64,000 nt of DNA, taken from the NCBI GenBank assembly GCA_028140145.1, contig JAOIOC010000002.1, positions 2,297 to 66,296 on the forward strand, written 5' to 3'. Positions 39,991 to 51,471 of the stretch are shown piece by piece. Every line of letters begins with the position of its first letter. The first letter of the stretch is position 1. Under the pieces are notes generated by a model. It saw only the letters and a program-made list of their open reading frames with translations, was not told where the DNA came from and did not search any database. The stretch is from SAR86 cluster bacterium (GTDB taxonomy: Bacteria > Pseudomonadota > Gammaproteobacteria > Magnimaribacterales > AG-339-G14). A program made the translations under genes and the position numbers.

Positions 39991-41154
39991 TTATAAAAGA
40001 TTATTGATTCTTTTCAATGCTTCTTCTGTGGTTTCAAAATCATACACTAAAGCAATTCTTACGTATTTTTCTCCAGGATTAAAACCATTGACCTCGGCAG
40101 ATAAATAACTTCCAGGAAGTATAATTAAACCCTCTTTTTCAAGAATATTTTTTGAGAAAGATTGACCGTCTTCAACATCCAGCCAAAGATAGAAAGCACC
40201 TTCAGGAATAACATTGCTTACTTTATCTTTAAACATATCTGCTGCCAGGCCAAATTTATCGTTGTAAGACTTTCTATTTTCAGCGACAAAATCATAATTC
40301 AGCCAAGCTTCAACGCTCGCCTTTTGAATTGGCAAAGGAACGCTGACCCCATGAAAAGACCTAAACTTCTTATAGGCAGAAATGGTTTTTTTACCGGAGC
40401 AAGCAAAACCCGATCTAAAGCCAGGTAAATTAGATCTTTTCGATAAGCTATGAAGAGCAATCAATCTATCCGATCTATCTGATGAAGCTTGGAGGATACT
40501 TGGACAGGATTTCTCAGAGGTATATAAATCTACATAGCACTCATCAGAAACAACATAAAAGTCATACTTTTCAGCTAAATCTAAAATATTCTTAAGTTTA
40601 CTTAAAGGTAAAACAGACCCAGTTGGATTATTTGGGGAACAGAGAACTAAAATTTGACACTTCTGCCAATCCTCACTTTTAAGGGAATCTAAATCAGGCT
40701 GAAAATTGTCTTCTTCAGGACAATCCAAAAACTTCGCTTCTCCACCGGCAAGAGTCGTTGCTCCGCCGTAAATTTGATAAAAAGGATTTGGCATCACAAC
40801 ATAGGGCTTTTCTTTAACATTCTCTTTATTAAAGAGAGCCTGAATGATTGAGAATGTTCCTTCTCTTGTGCCAGCTACAAGACAAACTTCATCCTCAGCA
40901 ACATTCTCAATACCGAAATGATTTTTCAAATATTGCCGATATGCCTCTGATAATTCAGGAACTGCATTCATAGGAGGGTAGTTTGAAAAAGAATTTGTTT
41001 CTTTATTCAAAATGTCCAGGACTTTGGAGTCAGCATTTAATTTTGGCTCACCAATGGACAGATTGATTACTTCTTTTGATGGCTTTATGTCCTTATGAAG
41101 AAGATTAAGTTTTTCAAATGGATAAGATCCAATTTTAGACAGTAAATGATTCAT
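39991..41154 (-). CDS. dapC: Succinyldiaminopimelate aminotransferase (class I PLP aminotransferase)
   Basis: IGEPK, NPTGSVL and the PLP-lysine motif SLSKRSNLPGFRSG. Located between map and dapD, as dapC is in Pseudomonas. Confidence 0.75.
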   Translation of the reverse strand: MNHLLSKIGSYPFEKLNLLHKDIKPSKEVINLSIGEPKLNADSKVLDILNKETNSFSNYPPMNAVPELSEAYRQYLKNHFGIENVAEDEVCLVAGTREGTFSIIQALFNKENVKEKPYVVMPNPFYQIYGGATTLAGGEAKFLDCPEEDNFQPDLDSLKSEDWQKCQILVLCSPNNPTGSVLPLSKLKNILDLAEKYDFYVVSDECYVDLYTSEKSCPSILQASSDRSDRLIALHSLSKRSNLPGFRSGFACSGKKTISAYKKFRSFHGVSVPLPIQKASVEAWLNYDFVAENRKSYNDKFGLAADMFKDKVSNVIPEGAFYLWLDVEDGQSFSKNILEKEGLIILPGSYLSAEVNGFNPGEKYVRIALVYDFETTEEALKRINNLL

Positions 41155-41915
41155 AGAGTTTCTTCTGATCTAGCAGTAAGAACTTCGCAGCCATCATCGG
41201 TTATAGCCAACGTATGCTCCCATTGGGCTGACAATCTTCCATCAATAGTTTCTACTGTCCAGCCATCATTTTTAGATAATTTGGTTTTATGAGTCCCAAG
41301 ATTAATCATAGGTTCAATGGTAAAACACATACCCGCTTTTAATTCCATTCCAGTTCCTGGATTTCCGTAATGAAGAATTTGAGGATCCTCATGGAAAACT
41401 TTGCCAATACCATGCCCGCAATAATCTCTGACAACTGAGTAGTGATTTTCTTCTGCATGTTTTTGAATCACATATCCTATGTCACCCAGGTTTATTCCTG
41501 GTTTGCATATTGCTATGGCTTTATAAAGACATTCTTGAGTAATACTTACCAGCCTTTCTGCATGAGGTTGTTTTTTTCCAACAAAAAACATCTTACTTGT
41601 ATCTCCGTGGTAACCGTCTTTGATCACAGTTACATCAATATTGATAATATCTCCGTTTTTTAGGACTCTGTTGTCATCAGGTATTCCGTGACAAACCACT
41701 TGATTTATCGAAGTGCAAATAGATTTTGGAAAACCATTGTAATTTAGGGGAGCAGGTATACAGTCAATTTCATTGACAATGTAATCGTGACAGATTCTAT
41801 CCAACTCACCTGTAGATACCCCTGGTTGAACGTGTTGTTCAATCATTTCCAAAGTTTGAGCTGCAAGCTTTCCTGCAACCTTCATTTTGGCTATTTCGTC
41901 AGAACTTTTAATCAT
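41151..41915 (-). CDS. map: Methionine aminopeptidase type I
   Basis: VCHGIP, DVTVIKDGYHGDTS, GHGIGKVFHE, FTIEPM and WEHT metal-ligand motifs. Confidence 0.96.
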   Translation of the reverse strand: MIKSSDEIAKMKVAGKLAAQTLEMIEQHVQPGVSTGELDRICHDYIVNEIDCIPAPLNYNGFPKSICTSINQVVCHGIPDDNRVLKNGDIINIDVTVIKDGYHGDTSKMFFVGKKQPHAERLVSITQECLYKAIAICKPGINLGDIGYVIQKHAEENHYSVVRDYCGHGIGKVFHEDPQILHYGNPGTGMELKAGMCFTIEPMINLGTHKTKLSKNDGWTVETIDGRLSAQWEHTLAITDDGCEVLTARSEETL

Positions 41916-41941
41916 TTTTTGAGATTTTACATTATAAGTCG

Positions 41942-41970
41942 TAGACTTATTAAATACTCTTCATTATAGT
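41942..41970 (+). promoter_or_regulatory. Candidate sigma-70 promoter for the carA leader (TAGACT-17 nt-TATAGT)
   Basis: TAGACT at 41942-41947, a 17-nt spacer, then TATAGT at 41965-41970, within the map/carA divergent gap. Confidence 0.3.
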
Positions 41971-41974
41971 GTCC

Positions 41975-41997
41975 TTCTAATGCCAGTAGCATTAGAA
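41975..41997. repeat. Perfect inverted repeat TTCTAATGC-N5-GCATTAGAA (operator or RNA hairpin)
   Basis: Arms at 41975-41983 and 41989-41997 are exact reverse complements. The 5' arm contains the ATG of a 15-codon ORF. Confidence 0.6.
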
Positions 41998-42027
41998 AAC
42001 ATCCAAAACGCGAGACTAAAAATTTAG
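41980..42027 (+). CDS. Candidate 15-codon leader peptide (MPVALENIQNARLKI) in the carA leader
   Basis: ATG at 41980 and TAG at 42025-42027. The ORF traverses the 5' arm of the downstream terminator-like hairpin. No Shine-Dalgarno sequence is visible. Confidence 0.25.
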   Translation: MPVALENIQNARLKI

Positions 42028-42043
42028 TGCCGCGTTTTTTTTT
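42005..42043 (+). terminator. Intrinsic-terminator-like hairpin plus T9 run 6 nt before the carA ATG (candidate attenuator)
   Basis: AAAACGCG (42005-42012) pairs with CGCGTTTT (42031-42038). There is an inner ACTAAA/TTTAGT stem, and a run of nine T at 42035-42043. No upstream plus-strand gene would need terminating here. Confidence 0.5.
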
Positions 42044-42049
42044 GCCTAA

Positions 42050-43171
42050 ATGACAGAAAAAAAAGCATATTTATATCTAGATTCCGAAAGATTTTTTGAA
42101 GGTTTTTCCGTTGGGAAAAATGCTGATACTTGCGGAGAAGTCGTTTTTAATACTTCCATGTCTGGGTATCAGGAAATAATTTCCGATCCATCTTATACCG
42201 ATCAAATTATTAATTTTACTTACCCTCACATAGGTAACGTAGGAACTAATGATGATGATTTAGAGTCCGATTCAAACGGATGTAATGGGGTCATCATCAG
42301 AGACCCGTCAACAATTACAAGCAATTGGAGAAAACAGGATGATTTATCAAACTTCCTAAAGACAAAAAATATTTCAGGTATTTATGGAATTGATACTAGA
42401 AAAGTCACTCGAATAATCAGAAACGAAGGTGCAAAAGTAGGTGCCATCGTTTCCGGCAAAGATCATAAAAAGAAAGCGCTTAAATTAATTGAAGAGTTTG
42501 TGCCTTTAGATGGAAAAGATCTCGCCTCAGTTGTTTCAACGAAAAAAGTATACGAATGGAAAGAACCCTCTTGGAGGAAGGATTTCGATGATAATAATTT
42601 AAAAATAGTTGCGATCGATTTTGGAGTAAAGCATAACATTTTACGAATGCTTAAAGATAGAGGATTTCAGGTGATCGTGGTTCCAGCTAAAACAACTGCT
42701 GCAGAGATTATTGCATTGAAGCCCGATGGAGTATTTCTTTCTAATGGACCTGGTGATCCTGAACCCTGCAAGTATGCAATTGAATGCATTAAGGAACTAA
42801 GGACAAAAAGAATTCCAATGTTCGGCATTTGTTTAGGCCATCAACTTTTAGGATTAGCTTTGGGAATGAAAACTATCAAAATGAAGTTTGGACATCATGG
42901 CGCCAACCATCCAGTTAAAGACTTGGATTCAAATAGAGTTTTCATAACGAGCCAAAATCATGGATTTACCATTGATTCGAAATCAATTCCTGAGGATGTC
43001 AAAATTACACACCTTTCTTTATTTGATGAAACCATTCAAGGAATAGAAACATCCGATAAAAGATGCTTCAGTTTTCAAGGACATCCCGAAGCCAGCCCCG
43101 GTCCGCAAGAAATACAAGAATTATTCGATAAATTTTTAACAGTAGTCAAAAGCAATGCCAAAAAGAAATGA
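42050..43171 (+). CDS. carA: Carbamoyl-phosphate synthase small (glutaminase) subunit
   Basis: GATase triad region [10 protein letters not shown] and HGANHPV, with a CPSase small-chain N-domain. Confidence 0.96.
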   Translation: MTEKKAYLYLDSERFFEGFSVGKNADTCGEVVFNTSMSGYQEIISDPSYTDQIINFTYPHIGNVGTNDDDLESDSNGCNGVIIRDPSTITSNWRKQDDLSNFLKTKNISGIYGIDTRKVTRIIRNEGAKVGAIVSGKDHKKKALKLIEEFVPLDGKDLASVVSTKKVYEWKEPSWRKDFDDNNLKIVAIDFGVKHNILRMLKDRGFQVIVVPAKTTAAEIIALKPDGVFLSNGPGDPEPCKYAIECIKELRTKRIPMFGICLGHQLLGLALGMKTIKMKFGHHGANHPVKDLDSNRVFITSQNHGFTIDSKSIPEDVKITHLSLFDETIQGIETSDKRCFSFQGHPEASPGPQEIQELFDKFLTVVKSNAKKK

Positions 43172-46100
43172 TTTAGATTCCATTTTGCTTATTGGAGCTG
43201 GTCCAATTGTGATTGGTCAGGCATGTGAATTTGATTACTCTGGCGTGCAAGCATGCAAAGCTCTTCGAGAAGAGGGATATAGAGTGATTTTGGTGAATTC
43301 TAATCCAGCAACAATAATGACCGATCCTGAGACTGCTGACTCAACCTATATAGAGCCTATTAATTGGAAGACATTAGAAAAGATAATCGAAAAAGAAAAA
43401 CCATCAGCTCTTTTACCGACAATGGGAGGACAAACAGCCTTAAATACTGCTTTAGATCTAGATCAAAAGGGTATTTTGAAAAAACATAATGTCGAGTTGA
43501 TAGGAGCCACAAAAGAAGCTATCGATAAGGCAGAAGACAGAGAACTGTTTGCAAAAGCGATTAAAAAAATAGGTTTAAAGACTCCAAAAGCTGGATTAGC
43601 GCATAATCTAGAGGAAGCACTAAAAATCCAACAGGAAATTGGTTTTCCTTGCATTCTTAGACCAAATTTCACTCTCGGCGGCATGGGCGGTGGAATAGCT
43701 TATAACTCTGAAGAATTCGAATCCATATGTTTAAGAGGTTTGGATTTATCGCCAACTTCTGAGCTATATATAGATCAGTATCTTTCGGGCTGGAAAGAAT
43801 ACGAAATGGAGGTTGTAAGGGATAAAGTGGATAACTGCATAATTATTTGTAGCATAGAAAACTTCGATCCTATGGGAGTGCATACAGGAGACTCCATTAC
43901 GGTTGCGCCTGCTCAAACGTTAACGGACAAGGAATATCAAGAAATGAGAAATGCTTCTTTTGCCATTCTCAGAGAAATAGGAGTGGAAACCGGCGGCTCA
44001 AATGTACAGTTCGCTATAAATCCAGAAGATGGAGAAATGGTGGTTATTGAGATGAATCCAAGAGTCTCTAGGTCTTCAGCTCTAGCATCGAAAGCAACAG
44101 GATTTCCCATTGCTAAAATCGCAGCAAAATTAGCTGTTGGGTTTACCTTAGATGAATTAAGTAATGATATCAGTGGAGGAAAAATTCCTGCTTCTTTCGA
44201 GCCAACTATTGATTATGTGGTGACTAAAATACCCAGATTTAACTTTGAAAAATTCCCTCAAGCTGATTCCACTCTAACTTCTCAAATGAAATCTGTTGGT
44301 GAAGTGATGGCGATAGGAAGTAATTTTGCGGAGTCATTACAAAAAGCTATAAGAGGAATGGAGAATGGAAAGACCGGTTTTGACAATATTGAGGAAGAAT
44401 TAACAAAGACTACTTTAAGATCAAAATTAATATCTCCTTCTCCTGAGAGACTTTGGTTTATTGGCGAAGCTTTCAGAAAAGGCAGTTCTCTGGATGAAGT
44501 GCATGATTTAACTAAAATTGATATGTGGTTTCTTCAAACCATTGAAGAAATTATTTCCACAGAGAAAAAGATTAATAAAAAAACTTTGTCTTCTAGAGAT
44601 TTCCTTTTTAATCTCAAAAAAATGGGTTTTTCTGATCAGCGTTTAGCGGCTCTTTCAGGTCAGTCGGAAGAAAAAATAAGATCTTTGAGACAAAAGTTAA
44701 ACATCAAACCTGTCTTTAAGAGAGTTGATACATGTGCAGGAGAGTTTGAAACTACCACAGCTTATATGTACTCAACGTATCAAGACGAATGTGAATCAAA
44801 CCCAACTGAAAATAAAAAAGTAGTCGTTCTAGGAGGAGGGCCAAATAGGATCGGTCAGGGCATAGAATTTGATTATTGCTGTGTTCATGCATCAATGGCA
44901 ATGAAAGAGGAAGGGTATGAAACAATAATGGTTAATTGTAATCCTGAAACTGTTTCAACTGACTACGATACTTCCGATAGATTATATTTTGAACCAATTA
45001 CTCTTGAAGACGTTCTTGCAATAATTGAATTAGAAAATCCATATGGCGTTATTATTCAATTTGGGGGGCAAACTCCATTAAAACTAGCACAAGAGCTTGA
45101 AAAAAATAAAGTACCAATCTTAGGAACTTCACCAGATAAAATAGACCTTGCAGAAGACAGAGAAAGGTTTCAACAATTCGTTAATGAAAATAAGTTAAAG
45201 CAGCCTCCAAATGGAATGGCTTCAAATAAGTCTCAAGCTAAATCTATCGCACATCAAATTGGTTATCCTATAGTTGTAAGACCTTCATATGTCCTTGGCG
45301 GAAGAGCCATGGAGATTGTGCATAATGATAATGATTTGGAAAAATATCTGGATGAAGCCATACAAGCTTCTGATTCTAACCCCGTACTTTTGGATAGATT
45401 TCTAGATATTGCTACTGAGTTGGATATTGAAGCGATATCCGATGGAAGCCAAGTTGAAATTTATGGAGTTATGCAACACATTGAGCAAGCAGGAATCCAT
45501 TCAGGCGATTCAGCTTGTTCTCTACCTCCTTACAGTCTCCCAGACAAAGTTATTAAGAAAATCAAGGAACAAGTGAGAGTCATTGCAAAGCAAATGGATA
45601 TTATTGGATTAATGAACGTTCAAATGGCATATGCCAACGAGGAAATATTTCTCCTAGAAGTTAACCCCAGAGCTTCAAGGACAATACCATTTGTTTCAAA
45701 GGCTATTGGACTTCCTCTGGCAAAAATAGCTTCCAAGACAATGATTGGAAAGTCTCTTAAGCAACAAAAAATAAAAAATCCTTCAAATTTAAATCATTTT
45801 TCGGTTAAAGAAGCAGTACTTCCTTTTGATAGATTCCAAAACGTTGATCCTATTTTAGGCCCAGAAATGAAATCCACCGGGGAAGTAATGGGTATAGGTA
45901 CATCATTCGCTGAGGCATATGATAAATCTCAAATCTCAGCTGGAACAATTATCCCAGATGGAGGGTCGGTATTTCTCAGTGTTAGAGAGAATGATAAACC
46001 TCATCTTGAAGAGCTCGCAACCAGGCTAGATCAATTGAACCTATCTATTGTGGCCACTAAGGGAACTGCTAGAGAGATCCAAAACATGGGCATTAAGGCA

Positions 46101-46358
46101 AGAATAATAAATAAAGTAGCAGAGGGTAGACCACATGTTGTTGATTTAATCAAAAACAATGAAATTTCTTTGTTAATTAATACGACGGAAGGTAAAGAAT
46201 CTATCCAAGATTCTTCTTCCATCAGAAGAACTGCTCTAGATAATAAAATTCCATGTACGACAACTTTGCAAGGTGGTTTAGCCATATGCGAAGTCCTAGA
46301 AAAGAGACTTGATTGGTCTGTCCAAAACATTCAAGATATTCACAAAAGTATTGAATAA
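43155..46358 (+). CDS. carB: Carbamoyl-phosphate synthase large subunit
   Basis: Duplicated ATP-grasp halves ([18 protein letters not shown] and [16 protein letters not shown]) and a C-terminal MGS-like domain. 1067 aa. 17-nt overlap with carA. Confidence 0.98.
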   Translation: MPKRNDLDSILLIGAGPIVIGQACEFDYSGVQACKALREEGYRVILVNSNPATIMTDPETADSTYIEPINWKTLEKIIEKEKPSALLPTMGGQTALNTALDLDQKGILKKHNVELIGATKEAIDKAEDRELFAKAIKKIGLKTPKAGLAHNLEEALKIQQEIGFPCILRPNFTLGGMGGGIAYNSEEFESICLRGLDLSPTSELYIDQYLSGWKEYEMEVVRDKVDNCIIICSIENFDPMGVHTGDSITVAPAQTLTDKEYQEMRNASFAILREIGVETGGSNVQFAINPEDGEMVVIEMNPRVSRSSALASKATGFPIAKIAAKLAVGFTLDELSNDISGGKIPASFEPTIDYVVTKIPRFNFEKFPQADSTLTSQMKSVGEVMAIGSNFAESLQKAIRGMENGKTGFDNIEEELTKTTLRSKLISPSPERLWFIGEAFRKGSSLDEVHDLTKIDMWFLQTIEEIISTEKKINKKTLSSRDFLFNLKKMGFSDQRLAALSGQSEEKIRSLRQKLNIKPVFKRVDTCAGEFETTTAYMYSTYQDECESNPTENKKVVVLGGGPNRIGQGIEFDYCCVHASMAMKEEGYETIMVNCNPETVSTDYDTSDRLYFEPITLEDVLAIIELENPYGVIIQFGGQTPLKLAQELEKNKVPILGTSPDKIDLAEDRERFQQFVNENKLKQPPNGMASNKSQAKSIAHQIGYPIVVRPSYVLGGRAMEIVHNDNDLEKYLDEAIQASDSNPVLLDRFLDIATELDIEAISDGSQVEIYGVMQHIEQAGIHSGDSACSLPPYSLPDKVIKKIKEQVRVIAKQMDIIGLMNVQMAYANEEIFLLEVNPRASRTIPFVSKAIGLPLAKIASKTMIGKSLKQQKIKNPSNLNHFSVKEAVLPFDRFQNVDPILGPEMKSTGEVMGIGTSFAEAYDKSQISAGTIIPDGGSVFLSVRENDKPHLEELATRLDQLNLSIVATKGTAREIQNMGIKARIINKVAEGRPHVVDLIKNNEISLLINTTEGKESIQDSSSIRRTALDNKIPCTTTLQGGLAICEVLEKRLDWSVQNIQDIHKSIE

Positions 46359-46360
46359 AA

Positions 46361-46837
46361 TTGAACAGAGAGCCAATGACAGTCGAAGGAGAAGAAAGCC
46401 TTCGAACGGAATTACAGCATCTAATTACAGATGTTAGACCAAACATTACCAAAAAAATTGCCGAAGCAAGAGAATTTGGCGATCTCAAAGAAAATGCCGA
46501 ATATCATGCTGCTAAAGAACAGCAAGGTCTTACCGAAGCGAGGATAAGAGAAATTGAAGGAAAATTGAGTGCATCTCAAATCATAGATATCAAAAAAATT
46601 GAATGTACAGGAAGGGTTATTTTTGGATCTACGGTTTCACTCCTAGATATGCAAAATGATGAAAAAATCAGCTATCAAATTGTAGGCGAGGATGAAGCAA
46701 ACGTAAAAAATGGAAAAATATCTTATTCTTCCCCTTTGGCAAGATCTCTCATCGGTAAAGAAGAAGGAGAAGCTACAAAATTTGAAAGTCCCTCCGGCAT
46801 CAAAGAGTATGAGATCCTTGAGGTTTCTCACATTTAA
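46361..46837 (+). CDS. greA: Transcription elongation factor GreA
   Basis: [18 protein letters not shown] aligns with E. coli MQAIPMTLRGAEKLREEL. The start is TTG at 46361; an ATG at 46376 is an alternative. The protein has a coiled-coil N-domain. Confidence 0.92.
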   Translation: MNREPMTVEGEESLRTELQHLITDVRPNITKKIAEAREFGDLKENAEYHAAKEQQGLTEARIREIEGKLSASQIIDIKKIECTGRVIFGSTVSLLDMQNDEKISYQIVGEDEANVKNGKISYSSPLARSLIGKEEGEATKFESPSGIKEYEILEVSHI

Positions 46838-47410
46838 ATGTCATATTCAGGAGGCGAGCACTTTAATAAGCTTGCTAAGTCTAGAGGGTATAGATCGAGA
46901 GCAGCCTTTAAGCTTCATCAAATAAATAACAAATTCAATCTTCTCAAAAAAGGTTGCTCTGTGATGGACTTAGGCAGTTCTCCAGGCGGTTGGAGTCAAG
47001 TAGCAAAAGAATTAGTAGGCAATTCAGGAAAAGTATTTGCTTTAGATATCATTCCAATGAAACCCATAAATGGGGTTGAATTTATAGAATTTGATTTTAG
47101 GGATAAAGATATAAAGAAATTTATTAATCTTGATTTTAATGTTGTAATTTCTGATATTGCGCCCAATATAAGTGGTATAGCTATTACAGACAAAGAAAAC
47201 ATGCTTGAACTACTAAATAATGTCGTTGATTTTTGTAACTCCTCTTTAATGAAAGGAGGTTCTCTGATAGCAAAATGTTTTGAAAATTCAAAAAATGATC
47301 TAAAAAGATCTTTATTAATCCACTTCAGTAACGTAACTTTTTATAAGCCAGATGCATCAAGAAAAACATCTAAAGAAATTTATGTTATTGCACAAAATAA
47401 ATTGAAATAA
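46838..47410 (+). CDS. rlmE: 23S rRNA U2552 2'-O-methyltransferase
   Basis: YRSRAAFKL and the SAM-binding VMDLGSSPGGWSQV. Precedes ftsH, as in E. coli. Confidence 0.92.
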   Translation: MSYSGGEHFNKLAKSRGYRSRAAFKLHQINNKFNLLKKGCSVMDLGSSPGGWSQVAKELVGNSGKVFALDIIPMKPINGVEFIEFDFRDKDIKKFINLDFNVVISDIAPNISGIAITDKENMLELLNNVVDFCNSSLMKGGSLIAKCFENSKNDLKRSLLIHFSNVTFYKPDASRKTSKEIYVIAQNKLK

Positions 47411-47413
47411 GTT

Positions 47414-49318
47414 ATGTCAGATTTTCTAAGAAATATTTTCCTTTGGTTAGCAATTGCTGGTACTACCTTTTTTGTTATTCAAAGTCTTTCGGGTCCAGCA
47501 ACTTCATCTTCGATGAATTATTCTGAGTTTGTGTCTCTTGTAAATTCAGATCAAGTTTCATCTGTAGAGTTCAAAGGTGATGGATATACTCTTGAAGGTA
47601 TACTTCAAGATGGTTCTCAATTTAAAACAACACGTCCAGTCTATGTACAAGACAATCAATTGATGGATGATCTTTTCGAACATAGAGTACAAGTATTAGG
47701 TGAAGAGCCACAACAGGAAAGCATTTGGACTCAATTGTTGGTTGCAAGTTTTCCAATTCTAATAATTATTGCAATTTTCATGTTTTTTATGAGGCAGATG
47801 CAAGGCGGAATGGGCGGCAGAGGTGGCCCTATGAGCTTTGGTCGAAGTAAAGCTAAACTCCTTGAAGGCGGGAAAGTTAAAACTACATTTGCAGATGTAG
47901 CCGGGGTTGAAGAAGCAAAAGAGGAAGTACAGGAACTAGTCGATTTCTTAAGAGATCCTTCAAAATTTCAAAAATTAGGAGGCAAGATTCCTCGAGGAAT
48001 TTTAATGGTTGGATCTCCTGGAACAGGTAAAACTTTGTTAGCTCGTGCTATAGCAGGTGAAGCAAAAGTTCCTTTTTTCTCAATTTCAGGGTCTGATTTT
48101 GTCGAAATGTTTGTTGGAGTTGGTGCTTCAAGAGTTAGAGACATGTTTGAGCAAGCTAAAAGACAGTCACCATGTATTGTGTTTATAGATGAGATCGATG
48201 CTGTTGGAAGACATCGTGGTGCGGGTCTTGGAGGAGGACATGATGAAAGAGAACAAACACTAAACCAACTACTTGTAGAGATGGATGGTTTTGAAGCTAA
48301 TGAAGGAATCATCATAATTGCTGCAACAAATAGACCTGATGTTCTAGATCCAGCTCTTTTGAGGCCTGGTAGATTTGATAGACAGGTTGTCGTTCCTTTG
48401 CCAGATATCAAAGGTAGAGAGCAAATACTTAAAGTGCATATTCGAAAAGTGCCAGTTGATAAGGATGTTGAAGTATCCTTTATTGCAAGAGGTACCCCAG
48501 GATTTTCAGGTGCCGATTTAGCTAACTTGGTCAACGAAGCTGCTTTGTTTTCTGCTCGAGCAGGAAAAAAGAAAGTTACTATGGAAGAGCTTGAATTGGC
48601 AAAAGACAAAGTCATGATGGGTGCAGAAAGAAAATCCATGGTTATGAATGAAGCCGATAAAATTAAAACGGCTTACCATGAATCTGGTCATGCAATTGTT
48701 GGTAGATTGCTTGAAGAACATGATCCAGTTTACAAAGTATCCATAATTCCTCGTGGAAGAGCTTTAGGAGTGACTGTCTTTCTCCCTGAAGAGGATAAAT
48801 ACAGTAACAGCAAACAAGAAATTCTCGATAGAATTTGTGGTTTATTTGGTGGCAGGATAGCAGAAGAATTAATTTATGGTGATAAAGGCATTACCACTGG
48901 TGCTTCTAATGACATTGAAAGAGCTACAGATTTAGCAAGAAACATGGTCACTAAATGGGGTTTATCAACTGCAATCGGACCAATGAAATACGACGAAGAT
49001 TCAGACGAGCCCTTCCTAGGAAGATCGGCTAGTTCGCAATCTAAAGGAATTTCTGATCAAACTGCAGAGAAGATTGATAAAGAAATCAAGAAAATTATTG
49101 ATGATTGTTACAAAAGAGCAACCAAAATTCTTAAGGATAACATTGATAAACTTCATTTAATGTCAGAGTCTTTAGTCGAGCTGGAAACTCTTGATACAGC
49201 ACAAATTGATGACATTATGGCAGGAGCTAAACCAAGAAGAGAATCAGATGATGATTCTGCTCCAAAAAATACTGGCAAAAAAAGCTCCTCTATAGAAGAA
49301 CCTGCAAATCAAACTTAA
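47414..49318 (+). CDS. ftsH: ATP-dependent zinc metalloprotease FtsH
   Basis: Two N-terminal TMs, Walker [19 protein letters not shown], Walker [10 protein letters not shown], the SRH, and the HESGHA zinc site. Confidence 0.98.
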   Translation: MSDFLRNIFLWLAIAGTTFFVIQSLSGPATSSSMNYSEFVSLVNSDQVSSVEFKGDGYTLEGILQDGSQFKTTRPVYVQDNQLMDDLFEHRVQVLGEEPQQESIWTQLLVASFPILIIIAIFMFFMRQMQGGMGGRGGPMSFGRSKAKLLEGGKVKTTFADVAGVEEAKEEVQELVDFLRDPSKFQKLGGKIPRGILMVGSPGTGKTLLARAIAGEAKVPFFSISGSDFVEMFVGVGASRVRDMFEQAKRQSPCIVFIDEIDAVGRHRGAGLGGGHDEREQTLNQLLVEMDGFEANEGIIIIAATNRPDVLDPALLRPGRFDRQVVVPLPDIKGREQILKVHIRKVPVDKDVEVSFIARGTPGFSGADLANLVNEAALFSARAGKKKVTMEELELAKDKVMMGAERKSMVMNEADKIKTAYHESGHAIVGRLLEEHDPVYKVSIIPRGRALGVTVFLPEEDKYSNSKQEILDRICGLFGGRIAEELIYGDKGITTGASNDIERATDLARNMVTKWGLSTAIGPMKYDEDSDEPFLGRSASSQSKGISDQTAEKIDKEIKKIIDDCYKRATKILKDNIDKLHLMSESLVELETLDTAQIDDIMAGAKPRRESDDDSAPKNTGKKSSSIEEPANQT

Positions 49319-49319
49319 T

Positions 49320-50132
49320 ATGCCTTCTGTATCTGGGAGCCTCATAAAAGAGTTTCCCAGACTAATGGGGGTAATAAATCTAACTACTGATTCATTTTCA
49401 GATGGTGGTCAGTTATTCTCCGGCGATAAAGTTGATTTATCGAAAGCTCTTAGAAAAGTTGAAAAACTTATAAATGAAGGCGCCGATATTCTAGATTTTG
49501 GAGCTGAGTCTACAAGGCCAAGCTTCACTGAAATTCCTTCACAAGTCCAAATAGATAGATTGATCCCGATACTAGAACGGATCAAGGATGAAGATATTAT
49601 GATCTCTGTTGATTCAAGGGATTATAAAGTTCTCTACGAAGCTTCTAAATTTGGGATGAAATTTATAAACGATGTATCAAAAAACATATCTCAAAAGAAG
49701 TTAAAGTTAGCAAAAGAAAAAGAACTTTTCATATGCACAACTCATCATGGAAATAAAACAAAAAAAACATCAAATATTCTTTTGGACGTGGATAACTTCT
49801 TTCAGGCTAAAGAAAAATCATATCTTTCCAAAGGCATAAATATTGAACAATGCTTTTTTGACCCTGGGTTTGGTTATGGGAAAACACCCCTGGAGAATAT
49901 ATTCATGATGACTAATATAAATTTTTTCAAAAAAGAAAATAGGAAAATACTTACTGGAACTTCAAGGAAGAAATCTTTTGCAGATTTCTTTAAAGATACC
50001 TCAAAAACTAAACTATCAGCTAGCTTACTGAGTGGTATAATTTGTGCTCTAGGCGGGAGCAATATAATAAGAAGTCACGAAGTTAAACACCTTCGAGAGG
50101 AATTAGAAAAATTAGGTATTTATGAGAGATAG
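49320..50132 (+). CDS. folP: Dihydropteroate synthase
   Basis: MGVINLTTDSFSDGG, ILDFGAESTRP and DPGFGYGKT motifs. Confidence 0.9.
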   Translation: MPSVSGSLIKEFPRLMGVINLTTDSFSDGGQLFSGDKVDLSKALRKVEKLINEGADILDFGAESTRPSFTEIPSQVQIDRLIPILERIKDEDIMISVDSRDYKVLYEASKFGMKFINDVSKNISQKKLKLAKEKELFICTTHHGNKTKKTSNILLDVDNFFQAKEKSYLSKGINIEQCFFDPGFGYGKTPLENIFMMTNINFFKKENRKILTGTSRKKSFADFFKDTSKTKLSASLLSGIICALGGSNIIRSHEVKHLREELEKLGIYER

Positions 50133-51471
50133 AAAACTAATATTTTTTGGTACCGATGGTGTTAGAGGATCTATAGATAATGAAGTTAATCCAGAGTCAG
50201 TCCTCAAACTTGGCCATGCTGCAGGGAGACATTTCAAAAAAAGGGGAATCAACACTTTAGTAATCGGAAAAGACACAAGGATTTCAGGATATATGCTGGA
50301 GTCTGCCCTTCAGGCTGGAATTATTTCATCTGGAGTAAATGTCAGATTAGTAGGACCTATGCCAACGCCGGCAATTTCATATCTGGTATCTACATTCAAG
50401 GGACATGCTGGAGTGGTAATAAGTGCCTCACATAATTCATTTGAAGATAATGGCATTAAATTTTTTGATGAAAATGGAGAAAAGTTATCCATAGAGAATG
50501 AAAGAGAAATAGAAAAATTTGCTGAAGAAGCTTATGAATTTGTACATCCTGAAAATCTTGGCAAGGCGGCAAGGATTAGTGATGCAAAAGGTAGGTATAT
50601 TGAATTTTGTAAGAATACCTTGAGTGATGACATCTCATTTTCAGGATTAACTCTTGTTATTGATTCTGCTAATGGTGCTGCCTATGAAGTTGCTCCCAAA
50701 GTTTTTAAGGAGTTAGGAGCTGAAGTTTATTCTATTGCTGATAGTCCGAATGGCTTAAATATAAATAAAGATTGTGGAAGCACCAATATAGATTTCTTAA
50801 AAGACGAAGTTTTAAGCAAAAATGCAGATTTTGGCATTGCTCTTGATGGTGATGGAGATAGATTGATTATCATCGATTCAAACGGTCAAGAATTAGATGG
50901 AGATGATATTTTATATGTCATCGCAAAAAATAAATTTGAGTCAAAAATACATCTTGGCGTTAAAGGAGTAGTCGGAACTCTTATGACAAACAAAGGGTTA
51001 GAGAAAGCTTTTAACGATGAAGGTATTGAGTTGGTGAGATCGGATGTTGGGGATAAGTATGTTTTACAAAAGTTAAATGAACTTAACTGGACTCTTGGAG
51101 GAGAACAGTCTGGACATATTCTTTGCCTAGATAAATCAAATACTGGAGATGGAATAATCGCTGCGATTCAGTTTTTGCAATCTATTGTAGTTTTAAATAA
51201 AACAATACCCGAACTACTTTCAGAGTTTAAAAAATATCCTCAAATCCTTACCAATGTAAAAGTTAAGGATGGAAATAAAGTTTTAAAAAATAAAAAATTA
51301 CAGAAAGCTCAAAAAAAATCAGAAGAGTTATTAGAAACTTTTGATGGCAGAGTACTCATAAGAAAATCTGGAACAGAACACAAGATTAGAATAATGGTTG
51401 AAAGTAATTCTCAGGAAGCAACTTCAGAGCAATCAGCTTTATTAACTGATCTTGTAGAATCAATTTCATGA
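50122..51471 (+). CDS. glmM: Phosphoglucosamine mutase
   Basis: FGTDGVRG, phosphoserine loop SASHNSFEDNGIKFF, DGDGDR and GGEQSGH. Confidence 0.95.
   Translation: MRDRKLIFFGTDGVRGSIDNEVNPESVLKLGHAAGRHFKKRGINTLVIGKDTRISGYMLESALQAGIISSGVNVRLVGPMPTPAISYLVSTFKGHAGVVISASHNSFEDNGIKFFDENGEKLSIENEREIEKFAEEAYEFVHPENLGKAARISDAKGRYIEFCKNTLSDDISFSGLTLVIDSANGAAYEVAPKVFKELGAEVYSIADSPNGLNINKDCGSTNIDFLKDEVLSKNADFGIALDGDGDRLIIIDSNGQELDGDDILYVIAKNKFESKIHLGVKGVVGTLMTNKGLEKAFNDEGIELVRSDVGDKYVLQKLNELNWTLGGEQSGHILCLDKSNTGDGIIAAIQFLQSIVVLNKTIPELLSEFKKYPQILTNVKVKDGNKVLKNKKLQKAQKKSEELLETFDGRVLIRKSGTEHKIRIMVESNSQEATSEQSALLTDLVESIS

Noticed and set aside
47968-48639. 223-aa ORF antisense to the AAA+ domain of ftsH.
   Set aside because: It lies entirely inside a highly conserved, well-supported gene. 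The Ser/Pro/Thr-rich low-complexity translation is typical of an antisense frame kept open by the sense-strand codon pattern. There is no independent start context or motif.
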